Source: Phoronis australis
Lineage: Eukaryota > Animalia > Phoronida
Direction: 5' to 3'
DNA: 64,000 bases
Assembly (NCBI GenBank): GCA_002633005.1
Contig: NMRA01000180.1
Location: 371,955 to 435,954, forward strand
The notes below the pieces were generated by a model. It was given only the letters and a program-made list of their open reading frames with translations, did not search any database and was not told the origin of the DNA. Below, piece by piece: positions 40,244-52,500 of the stretch (positions are counted from its first letter, which is position 1; the number at the start of each line of letters is the position of its first letter). The translations under genes and the position numbers were made by a program.

Positions 40244-40489
40244 TTTGGCTCTTCACCACACCCATGACGTCACGGTACTTCCGGAAAACAAATCTCCGTG
40301 AATTACCGTAAATTGGCGCTACTTCCCGTGACTTAAGTTCCCTTAAACCATGCCTCTTTATTTATGTTTTCCCTAAATTTCAAAAAAAACCTCGGTTTTA
40401 AACATTTTGTCATTTATACTAACTAAAACCATTCTTTATTCTGTAATCTCTCCAAAACTAGATTTTGAACCCAGCATTCAGTAGTCATC
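40244..40489. promoter_or_regulatory. Compact bidirectional promoter region between G-alpha 12/13 and the M3 peptidase gene
   Basis: 246 bp between divergent ATGs. Contains perfect CRE palindrome TGACGTCA (40265-40272), ETS-type ACTTCCGGAA (40277-40286) and E2F-like TTGGCGC (40313-40319). Confidence 0.7.
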
Positions 40490-40590
40490 ATGTCAGCGAC
40501 CATGATTCGGGGATGCCGAAAGATTGTGCCCCGATTTTTACCTAAGTACAGCGTTCGCCATGCAACAACTGACAAAGCATATTACGTGCT
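40490..40590 (+). CDS. M3 peptidase exon 1 (Arg/Lys-rich presequence)
   Basis: [34 protein letters not shown]|gtaagt; phase matches exon 2. Confidence 0.85.
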
Positions 40591-43500
40591 GTAAGTTCAT
40601 CTAACTGAGCAAATTCTGGTTACAAAACAAAGTTTGTCTTGCAGTCAATGTCAATTTAATAGTGACATTCAGCTATCATTAGTCATTACTTGTTCTGTTT
40701 ACATAAATTATTGCTTAATTACACCCATCACAAGCCTCACATATGACGCTTTTTCAGACATATAAACGTTTATTGTGCTATGCATACATAGCTTAGTCGT
40801 TACCACTCTTTCTATCCTTTTGTAGATATGGATTGTTGAAAGTAATAACATGGGGAAAGTAGTATTTCTGAGTGGGAGGTCAAAATAAACCCGCCAAAGA
40901 ACATACAAAGTCAAAGAGTACCCTTTTCTAGACACTTCAGCCTTTTCGAAAATAGAATATTTGAAAAACATATTGCTGTTTTTGTTTCCAAAAATTTTCC
41001 TTATTGACACATTTTTTTGAGAATTTGAATGTTGAACCTCTACATTTATCACAAAACAAGATTATTTCCCGGAACCTGAGACCAGTTCCTGGTCCCCACC
41101 AGTTTAAATGCAATTCACACTGGCACTGTATTTTGTTGGAATTGGTAAACAAAATTAAATTTAGCCCAGTATGTAATAAAAAGCTTAATAGATATACATC
41201 TTTGGACCAGTTTGTATAAATAATGTCGAAATGAATTCCAATAAAAATTACACTCTTCTTTAAGTATTTAAAATTGGTAATTAGTGCCATTGTTGTCATC
41301 ATTTGTCTGTTATTCTACAGCAAAATTTGTGATACGAGTGCATGCGTCAACTTTGATTGCCATGAAATAGAGCACTGTCTATTGGCCAATTTCTTCTTTC
41401 GATGATTCTTCAATCAACAGTTTTCCATCTTAAGAGTAAGTGCTGATCACAATGAATTACCAGACTTACCAGAATTGACTTCAATTCTTTGTTAGTTTTG
41501 AGCTGTTTATAATGGGAAAGCCAAATTTCTCAGCAAAGTCAGCGATGTTGTCATCCTTTTCCAATAGTGTTGCCACAGTCAAAAAACAATAGGTGTGCAA
41601 CGAGCACATGTGCATGTCAAAAGCGTGTTCATCTTTCAGATTTGTTTTGTGTTGCGTATGTAGGGATTGTTCCTGTCAGTTTTCTGTAAATAATGTCAGA
41701 GGCTTGTCTCATATTTGTGAGTGGGCAGTACCCACTTTTGGTGCTATTTCCAAGTTCCATTATTGGGGACACTCGTTCAATTGAGAAAAGCCTGGGAGTT
41801 TACATTGAAGCAGTTCTTATCATACCTGTGGTTAAGAAATATTGAATACACAGAAAATTTGTCTTCTTCTATTGTAGGATACCAGAAATTCCAACTGACA
41901 CCCCTGAATCTAATCCTGTTATGAGGCTAGATGGCTGCTTACCATACAGTGAAATAACACCAGATGCCATCATCTCTGGCTGCGCAAAGAGAGCCATAGA
42001 ATGTGAAACCGAATTGGGAAACATTTTTGAGCACTTAGAAGGTATTACAAGGTTAATTTTATGATGAAAACTGGTCACCAAGTCCAGTGGTATAACCAGT
42101 CATTAAACTTTTCATTGCTGTGTATTAGACAAGTGTAAAATTAATCACGCTAATTTGTTATATCAAAAGTTCTCTAAAAATGCACCAATGGTGAATTCAA
42201 GGTTTTTAAAGTTGGCGCTGTGTATGGCTTTAATTTTTGAAAATGGCGTTCAGTGTCAAGAAGCACAATTCGTTTGGCTTTCAATAAGTTCTCATATACA
42301 GTAAGCTGAAACTAATTGGGAAACTCAGACATGTCTCCAACAATGAAGGTATCCTAAACATCACACAACGTTTGCAGAATAACTTATTTTTTCTTTGTGT
42401 CAAGCACTTGTGATCTTACTGTTAACATGAGGAAGTCTTTAACTGGAAAATCAATATTTTGTTTCCAAAACTTTGAAATTTGTTACTTTCTGCTGTTTAT
42501 GTTTGAATGGTGTGAATCTTTTTACCAATGTACTTCAGCCTTCTAATAGTATGTAATATTATGCAAGGATTTTGCTCTATGCAACAATGTTTTGATCATT
42601 TGTTTTGTAAAGCAGAGAAGCTCAGCCTGTTCGAATATGGCTCAAGATTCTAAACGGTGCTGGAAGCTTTTTAAAATGGCTAAGAGTTCCAAACAAAGAA
42701 TCTAAAAACTTTTCAAACATGATGCAATGACATGATTGTATACTTGTATGGCTTTATTTTAGTGTAACCATTTGTAGTATCTTATCTGTTACTTGTAAAC
42801 TTTTCTCCTGCCAGACCCGTCATCATTGAGGACGTTTGAGACTGTGCTGGATCCTATCGAGTCCGTTCTTGTTCCAATGGAGTGTGCGTGGAGAACGGCA
42901 AAGCACTTTAACTACGTAAAGGGCACCGAAGGTTACCGATACGCGTTTCAAAGGGTTTGTACTTACTGTAGCAAGCATTGTCTATCCCACTGTCTGTGGG
43001 ACTTGAAGTTTAGTAAAGCTGGACAATAGATCCAAAACCTATTTTTGTGCATCCACGTATATTTGGGTGTACATTGCCGTCATCTCTGTCTAGGCATCCA
43101 ACCGCCGCTACTTGTATCTCCTCAGCCACTTTCAGGATCATAATAAGACTTGGCAGCTATGTTCCTATGAAGCTGAAGATGGATGTCTGACTACCACTGT
43201 GACCCCTAGTGGCAATTTTAGTTTTTTACGTTTGTCTCTCTGTCCTTAAAGTTTCCTCTCAGTTTTTTATGAAATTTGGCAAATGGGTTTCTATTAACGA
43301 GACGACGATGCCTTGTCATTTTCTGGTGGACTTAATGTGTTCTGCGCCACCAAGTGGTCATTTTTATTGTTTTAAAGTTCCATGTATGTGATGACCATGA
43401 CTCTTGGATGGATCCAACTACCACTGTTCCCCCTAGTGACAATTTTAGTTGCTAATGTTTGCCTCAGTCTGTATCTTCAGAGTTCCTTTATGTTTCTTCT

Positions 43501-46500
43501 TGAATTTTGGCAAATAGGTTTCTGTTATGGAGACAATTTTCAGATGGATTCGACTGATTCTACACCACCTGGTGGCCATTTTTATTATTTTCGAATCAAA
43601 CTGTGTTTTTGTCGTCCTCCTCTGTATGTGTCAGAGGTTCATGAAAATCAGCAGATAACAGGAGGATGTTGATATTCGGACAGGTCCAACTACTGTGGTG
43701 CCTCCTAGTGGCATTTTTGCATCGGCTGCTGTATCACCTAAAACCATTGTGGGATTTTTTTATTCCTATGAACTTGAGAACAGATATGACTACCAATGTG
43801 CTTCCCAGTGACACTTTGATTTTTTGCGTCTGCACCTTTGGATTTCCTTGACTGATTTTCATGAAATTTGACGAACAGTTTTTATTGTGGAGGAGACGAT
43901 GCCGTCCCATTTTTGGACAAATTCATTGTATATTCTGCACCATCTAGTGGCCATTTTTATGGTATTAATAAATAAACCTACAATCATGCTGTTTGTGGTG
44001 CAGTTGACACTTTTCAATGCTTTCCGTTGCTCTTGCTTATAAGTTTGCTAACAGCAGTATTCTAGTCATTATGTAACCAGTCGTCATTTTCCAGATTCGA
44101 GAACGTGTGGACAAAGCACGAAATGAACGATGGCTGAGTGAACATCTGTACAATGCTGTTAAAGTGAGTGTTTGGTTTGCATGAGTTTTGATTGTAAATC
44201 TATAGAAGAAAGTGACAAGTGTGGTACTGCTGTTGCCTTAGGCGAAAGGGTTTTTTAAGCTTTTCTCTACACCTGGAATGTGATTTTTATTATTGAATGT
44301 ATTATTTTGTCCTTTTGTTTTTTACAAATTTTTAAAATTTTCTAAGTAGTAGGATGTATTTTGCTCAGCTTTAAGCAATGGCATAGTTGTCGGGGTGGAG
44401 GGGCTGATTCAATAGGCTGGTGTCCGATGTGGGACAGCACCGACTAGGGAAAGGAGGCACAAAGTTGGTGACAACAGAGGGGATGATAATCTTAGCTACG
44501 CTACTGACGATAAATAGGTGCTTGGAGTGTCTTTTACAATAAATTATAATTGCCAGGTGTTGTTCTTAATTAGGAAATTAATGCTGATAAGCGGCATTTG
44601 ACGGACAGCCAACAAGCGTTGATCAACAAATACCTTCTGGAGGGGCGACTGAATGGACTGGAGTTATACGGCGCCGACAAGAAAAAGTTTATGGCGCTTA
44701 TCAGGAAACTGGCCACATCAAAGAGTGATTTCAGGTAGCGTCGTCTTTGTAAATTGCTCAGACTTCATTATAATGTAGTCAAAGGGAAAGATAAGTTTTT
44801 AATTTGATTTTCCTTCTTCAAAAGTTCAACTGCAATTAGCTCAAGTGATGGATAAAGTTGATTTATATTTTCTGTGTTCATTTTTCACATTTTATACGTC
44901 ATGCAGCTCTTGCAAAAGCAGCAAAATTGTCATGTTCAAGTTATTCTGATTTATTTAGGTACTAGATGAATCTCCTTGGTAACCTGAGCCATTCTTTTGG
45001 TAGACTTATGGGTTATATAATGATGGCCAATTGATTATCAGTTGAATTTAGTTCTAACCTTGTGATCTTAATGCTAACATTGTTCTGGGCCATTTCAAGA
45101 AAAGTGATTTAAGACTTTAAGTTAGAAATTTGGTCTTATGTTGCACACGAGTATTTATGAACAATAATAAAATCTCACTTGAGCAAAATTCCAAAGTCTC
45201 TGAAAATATACACGTAACTACACGTTGCTGAGATAATTTCTGTAAATTACTTTTAGACCGTGATACCCTCATAATTACTTGGCTAAATCTTCAGTCTGCA
45301 GTTGTGAAGTGGGAGAATTAAACTAAATTTCTGTCTTGAGTCTTAAGTCACTTGTCATGAGACAGACCCCAGCTGACATGTGGATGCCCTAAAACTGATA
45401 TTTACCTCGTCCATTCTATCACTGCCTCTTCCAGGGAGCGTGTCATGCTTTGCCATGGAATGTTTTCTCACACATGTGGCAACTATGAAGTGCTGAAAGA
45501 TTTGCCAAAGCCAGTGCTGAATGCCATGTCTCGAAATCCGTGAGTATCTTATCCCATTCCTCCTCTCATGTCTACCTGATGGGTCAGAAATATGAACCCT
45601 GAGACATAACAACTTCCATCGTGTGAAATTTGAAAGCTTTTTCAAGGTTTGCTATGTTATGTTTTTAAATTGATTCTCAAGTAAAATTTGGTGGTCTCTA
45701 GCCCTGGGCCTGGGTCTAATCTTTCTACTTGAATTCTAACTCAAAATCATTTTTGACATTTTCTGTTGTACTTCAATGCTGACCCTAGATTGTTATTCTG
45801 TAACTCCAGTCTTATTATTATCTGTGCGAGTTTGCGCTTGATCACCCTTAGATTCGAGGTACAAACTCAAGTAAAAAGTTAAGTAAAAATCAAAATTTTG
45901 AGAACTCCAACTTATAGCTTTAATTCTGGAGTCATGGAGTGCAAATTAGGATTAGACGGTCATGCATGTAAACCATTATGTATTCGAACAAACACAATAA
46001 TGGACACTACGAAAGGAGAATGGAACTATCAAGAATAATTTTGAGTTCAATTTCGAGTACAAAGGTTTGACCCCGGGCGCTGGTGTTCCTCTGTGCAGGA
46101 CAAAAAGGCAATTTTGGAAATGTGAATTGCTCAAAAGCAGCATTTTAGGTCACCATTCTAGAAACCTTTACTATTTTATTCAAGATAAGTTTTGAAGTTG
46201 ATCTTTTGTCACAGAATTGTTCGAGCATTTATTTCTCAACACATGTTTAGTAAGTTATTTATTTCCCCTTTACTCACGCGTGTTACCGTTCACTTAGAAT
46301 GAATCATTCTAAAGGACCATGGAAAATCACCTTACACCAGGATATCTATGGGCCAGTGATGGAAGCTTGCCATGACCGTAACGTGCGATGGAACGTCTGG
46401 CAGGCCCACAACAACCGGGCCTCCATTAACTTTGACTCCACTAACCTCAGCAACCATAAACTGATCGGCGACATCCTTCTGTGGAGGTAAGGGCTGTGTG

Positions 46501-49500
46501 ATGTTGTCAAAAATGTTCACAATGTTTGTGTCACGTTTTTCCTGCCATTGAAGTTGTGCTTGCATTTTTCTTCTGTATAGCTCATGGTCATATTGCCACT
46601 ATAAACAAGTCTGGAATTGAAAACGCCTTAACCTTGTGTTGATGTACAACTAAACGTGTATGACCAAGTACTGAAGCATGATGTTAAGAAATCTTTGGTA
46701 TGATATTGTCCAAGGTTCAAATTAATTTTTTGGCAGGCTTTGTCTCCAGCATCGAGAATTGGTTTTGCTTTTTATTTCAGAAAAGATGTAGCAAACTTAT
46801 TAGGTTATGACAACTTTGCACAGATGTCCATGGAAACGAAGATGGCAGGCAGCATTGAAAGTGTCATGAACATGATTGAGTTGTGAGTAAATTTGTGTAG
46901 TCTTTATATAGAGGTTTGTGATTTCTGGTATGTGGTTAAAGTTTATTTAACTAAGTGAATCGATGGGTGAGCACCTACCCATCTTACACTTCCAAAAGTC
47001 TTAAAGTTATACTTAGTGCTGTTTCAGTAATATAACTGTTACCCTGGGACATCGCTTTTCACAAAATGGTGAGTATTGATTTTATTGATTTAATTCTGCG
47101 GTGGTCACAAAACGTGAGTCATGAAAAACGGCAAGTTAACATTTCTTGTTTTTTATGATCATACTGTGGTTGGAAGAGAGCTTGTAGGTGTTATTTTTAG
47201 CTAAATTTATGACTTAACTCTTGTTTTGTCGTACTTAAGTTTGAAGTTGGCCAATTTTTACCACCGTGCTACGCTCAATGAAATCAAAAGTGGTTTATTA
47301 AGCAGATTTGTCAGAGTCTCTATTGATTCTATTTGCGATGTTTTAACATGTAGCCATATTTATTGCATTCCTATACTTTCTTTAGCAACTCTGCATATCT
47401 ATCCAAATTCCCAAAAACACGAACCAGAGTGTTGATGTTATAAGTTTCAATGGCCAATAACTATGGTGTGATTAACTATGTTTTAATTTAGATCACTTGC
47501 CGCTATTTAATTGGTATTATCTTGTTCCTCAACCAGATGGTGTGAGAAGTGATTTTGGTCTGTGGAAACATCCGCAGCTCGCTAGTACTAGAGAATATGC
47601 TCTGCACTTTAAACTATGACCTGCCGTGACAAGCCAACTTGTAGAGTTTGGTTTCACGCGATGACGAACTGTCAGTTCTATGGAAGTCCTAACATCATCA
47701 CTAATTAGAGTGAGGAAATAGTTCGGGGCTTGGAATTTTCCTCTTTTAAGAGGTTTTCCTCTTTTTTGGTTTAGATTTCCTCTTATTTGATTTCCTCTTT
47801 TTGTGCATCTTTTTATCATTATTTTGACTTTATTCATGCAAAAACCCTTAATTTATTTCACTTAAATTTTACTACACAAGAATAATTCTATTACACAAAC
47901 TTGTTTATTTGTGAAATGATACATCACCTGGAAAATTTTCCTATTTTTTGTCATTGGTCATTCCAAGCCCTGAAAATTGAGATGAATTTCACAACAGTAA
48001 GTGATTTAAATCAAAAGTTTTTTCCTTGTAAAGGGGCAGTAAACCCACGCCTTTTGTAAAAAACAAAATTTTATCTAGGACACTTACGGCTATAAGTTGA
48101 GGGCATCTTGCTCCTTACTCAGATTAGAAATGATTTCCAGTGAGACGATAATGAGTACATCCTGGTACGCAGCAACAGCGTGGCATGTTGACTGACTCGT
48201 AAACAAAAGCAAACGATGACCGAACTTATCACAACCGAGGTAGAACAGTGACTGACTTGACTGCTCTCAGAGTCAGACTGTATGAAAAGAAATTGGCACG
48301 AAATTCTTGCCTCCCAAAACGTCACTTCCGGAGTAGACGACGAGTAATTAATTAAATTACGAAAAGCTGTAAATAAGTGAAAAATATGTCTGGGATGATC
48401 AACAAACCCTATTTTTGCTTAAAATGACATGAAAAAAGTTTGCCTTCACCTGATGAAGACCCCAGCCTTGATTTCAGCCAGTGTCTGGCAGACAACTGCG
48501 AGAAGTGACGACTTATAATGAAATCACAGAAACACAATAGATTTTGTTGTTTTATAGTTCTGGTCAAAGGGTTTTAGTCTCAACATTGGTCAAAGCTGAT
48601 AATTGTCTGGAAGACAATGCCCCCATCTAGATCTGGCTTATAAAATTTACAAGGGATGTAGTCTCAACATTGTTGCACATAGCACTCGTGTACAGTCTGG
48701 TAGTTTCTTAATTTTGATTGGCAGTATAACTACCAGCGATTTATAGTAAAATCAAAGCTTCGAGAAGTTTATCCTATTCAACAATAATGCCAAATTTGCA
48801 TTTTTTTGGCCACTGATAGAATAATGTCCTTTTATGGTTGGTTAATAGTGACTTTAAGTGAATAACATCTATGTGAAATCGATGATGCGCATTTTAATTG
48901 TTTTCCAGTTACAAATCTAGCTTCAAGCCAAAAGCACAGGAGGACATTGCTGAACTTGACCATTTCGCTAAATCTCTAGGATACAGGCACGACATTGCAT
49001 TGTGGGATGTCGCCTATTTCAGAAAACTGCATCGAGATGAGGTGTTCAAGTGAGTGTGCAGACTTTGTGTTTTGGCAAATTGTGCATAAAGTGGTTATTT
49101 CTTCCTCACCGTTTCCAACCACTGTTTTTCATGAGGACCGTTCCATCAACATATTCACCATATTCACTGCTTTCATCGAGGACCTTCAATACATTCATAC
49201 TATATTCAATGCTTTCCGTGGGGGCCCTCCACACCTTCACTTTATATTGACTGTCCTTCACTTGTTAAAATTATTATCAGTTAAACAGGTTGATAATCAG
49301 TAGTGTTAGAGGCAAAAACAAAAGGTACATTCTTAGCAAAACTATGGTATCAATAATATGATGAACAGTTTTTCATTGTTTAACATAAAATATCCTTCTG
49401 TTAAAATTTTATTCTTTATTTTTTTTTCTAGCTTCTTTAGAGTTTTTCATAAATATCCTAAAGGTTCTATTATTGATAGCCCCTTGTTTTATTTGTCCCC

Positions 49501-52500
49501 AATAATTTTTAAAATTGTTTTCGAGAACAGAGTTAATATGTCTTGATCCCAAGTTCGCCTTATTTGGACATTTTCATAAAGGTTACACATATAAACCTGA
49601 AACCACTTTAATAGTTGAAAATTCATGTGTATGTGCTTTATTGACTATTGACATTGATTCGATTCTTCTTGAACTTCACGGAAGATGTCCTGTTTGTTCT
49701 TTATTTACTATCTTTGATCTTTTTCCTATTTTAGCTTTAGAGAAGAGGATCTGTCTGTGTTCTTTCCACTAAGCAAGGTGCTCGAGGGACTTTTCAGTTT
49801 GTGCAATAGACTGTTTGGTATAACCATAAAGGTGAGGCTTGTAACGTATACTTTATTTTATTTTATATTATTTTATTATTATAATATTTACAATGAGGGT
49901 AGCTCCATCAGTTCTTGCTGCTTTCCATGGGGCCCTTCGTTATATTCTCAGTAACTCATAAGGTGGCATTTTTATTTTCCTTTTGATTTTTATACAAGTC
50001 CATTGAAGGGGTCATCAGTATGCAGTTATAAAGACATTAACACACAAATGTCTGTTTTTGCAAGACCATGTTCCAATATTTAAAAATGTAACCACCAAAT
50101 TTAATTTCATCATTTTCAATTATTTGGAGTGGTGATTTATCCCCTGTAACCAAACTCAAACTTGCTTATTTTTGCATACTAATTTTTTTTAATCGCTTGA
50201 GTCAAGCCGCTGTTTGTACTTCATATAAAAACGTGTTTTGAGTTTCAGATTGAATACTTTTTAATTTGGATGTATACTCACACTGAATAGTACATGTCAG
50301 TTATATTCTGAGTTGGAGTCTGGGTTAAGGGATTGAATCTGAGGCCCTAGTGATCTATTTAGGAAAACACGCAAGGCATCGACGTCTGGCACCCGACGGT
50401 GAAGAGATACGAGGTCTACGATGGTGACACGATGGTTTCGTCATTCTATCTTGACCCTTTCCTTCGTCCGGAGGAGAAAATAAGCGGAGCTTGGATGGAA
50501 GTGGGAAGAGGTGAATCTTTGTGTTGTGAAAGAAGCATTAAGGTTTTGTGAGATCTTATTGACAGGGCTTTGTATTTTACTAAATATCTACACAAGTATA
50601 GANNNNNNNNNNNNNNNNNNNNNNNNNNNNNNNNNNNNNNNNNNNNNNNNNNNNNNNNNNNNNNNNNNNNNNNNNNNNNNNNNNNNNNNNNNNNNNNNNN
50701 NNNNNNNNNNNNNNNNNNNNNNNNNNNNNNNNNNNNNNNNNNNNNNNNNNNNNNNNNNNNNNNNNNNNNNNNNNNNNNNNNNNNNNNNNNNNNNNNNNNN
50801 NNNNNNNNNNNNNNNNNNNNNNNNNNNNNNNNNNNNNNNNNNNNNNNNNNNNNNNNNNNNNNNNNNNNNNNNNNNNNNNNNNNNNNNNNNNNNNNNNNNN
50901 NNNNNNNNNNNNNNNNNNNNNNNNNNNNNNNNNNNNNNNNNNNNNNNNNNNNNNNNNNNNNNNNNNNNNNNNNNNNNNNNNNNNNNNNNNNNNNNNNNNN
51001 NNNNNNNNNNNNNNNNNNNNNNNNNNNNNNNNNNNNNNNNNNNNNNNNNNNNNNNNNNNNNNNNNNNNNNNNNNNNNNNNNNNNNNNNNNNNNNNNNNNN
51101 NNNNNNNNNNNNNNNNNNNNNNNNNNNNNNNNNNNNNNNNNNNNNNNNNNNNNNNNNNNNNNNNNNNNNNNNNNNNNNNNNNNNNNNNNNNNNNNNNNNN
51201 NNNNNNNNNNNNNNNNNNNNNNNNNNNNNNNNNNNNNNNNNNNNNNNNNNNNNNNNNNNNNNNNNNNNNNNNNNNNNNNNNNNNNNNNNNNNNNNNNNNN
51301 NNNNNNNNNNNNNNNNNNNNNNNNNNNNNNNNNNNNNNNNNNNNNNNNNNNNNNNNNNNNNNNNNNNNNNNNNNNNNNNNNNNNNNNNNNNNNNNNNNNN
51401 NNNNNNNNNNNNNNNNNNNNNNNNNNNNNNNNNNNNNNNNNNNNNNNNNNNNNNNNNNNNNNNNNNNNNNNNNNNNNNNNNNNNNNNNNNNNNNNNNNNN
51501 NNNNNNNNNNNNNNNNNNTATGTTTCTGTGGTGCTTTAAGCAACTGGTGTATAGGATGTGCTTGTATTATGAAGATTACTCACATTTTGCCCCTAGCCTA
51601 TTGAGGAGACAATGACCATGCCTTTCCATTTTGCAAAGTATGCCCTCTACTGGCCACTTTATGGTACCAATAAACAACCCTAGAAGGATACCGTATGCGG
51701 TGCAATTGTGGGCGCATTTCAACGCTCCGCGTTGCTCTTGTTTTTAATCGCTTGAGTCAAGCCGCTGTTTGTACTTCATATAAAAACGTGTTTTGAGTTT
51801 CAGATTGAATACTTTTTAATTTGGATGTATACTCACACTGAATAGTACATGTTAGTTATATTCTGAGTTGGAGTCTGGGTTAAGGGATTGAATCTGAGGC
51901 CCTAGTGATCTATTTAGGAAAACACGCAAGGCATCGACGTCTGGCACCCGACGGTGAAGAGATACGAGGTCTACGATGGTGACATGATGGTTTCGTCATT
52001 CTATCTTGACCCTTTCCTTCGTCCGGAGGAGAAAATAAGCGGAGCTTGGATGGAAGTGGGAAGAGGTGAATCTTTGTGTTGTGAAAGAAGCATTAAGGTT
52101 TTGTGAGATCTTATTGACAGGGCTTTGTATTTTACCAAATATCTACACAAGTATAGAATTGAACTTTAATTTGTAAAAGTATGTATTTTCCGGAAGTATA
52201 ATGCCAGTACAAGTTGATTGTAGCCTTTTTACCAGTCTGCTATCACTGCCTTTTTGGAAAGTTTAGCAAAATATAAATTCAAGGTACATTGACAGTACAA
52301 CAAGGGTGTCAATAACGTGACCAAATTTCATTTGATTAGTAAACATTCATGATGAAATCTCAAAAACACTGTTAAAGTTATTCAAATTATCATTTGTTCG
52401 TTGTTTTATGCAACTTTTGAGGTTTTTCATGAAAGTCCTGTTTTTGTAGCCAAATATAAAATATTCTAACAACAATTCTTAACACCATTTTAGAAAAGCG

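Larger units (their letters stand above)
50186..52157. repeat. Duplication 50186-50602 / 51741-52157 flanking a 916-N gap (50603-51518); probable haplotypes
   Basis: Exon 11 and its intronic flanks are nearly identical on both sides of the gap. Confidence 0.9.

Noticed and set aside
50446-51604. Long ORFs of 342-365 aa in the ORF track
   Set aside because: They are read-through of the 916-N gap.
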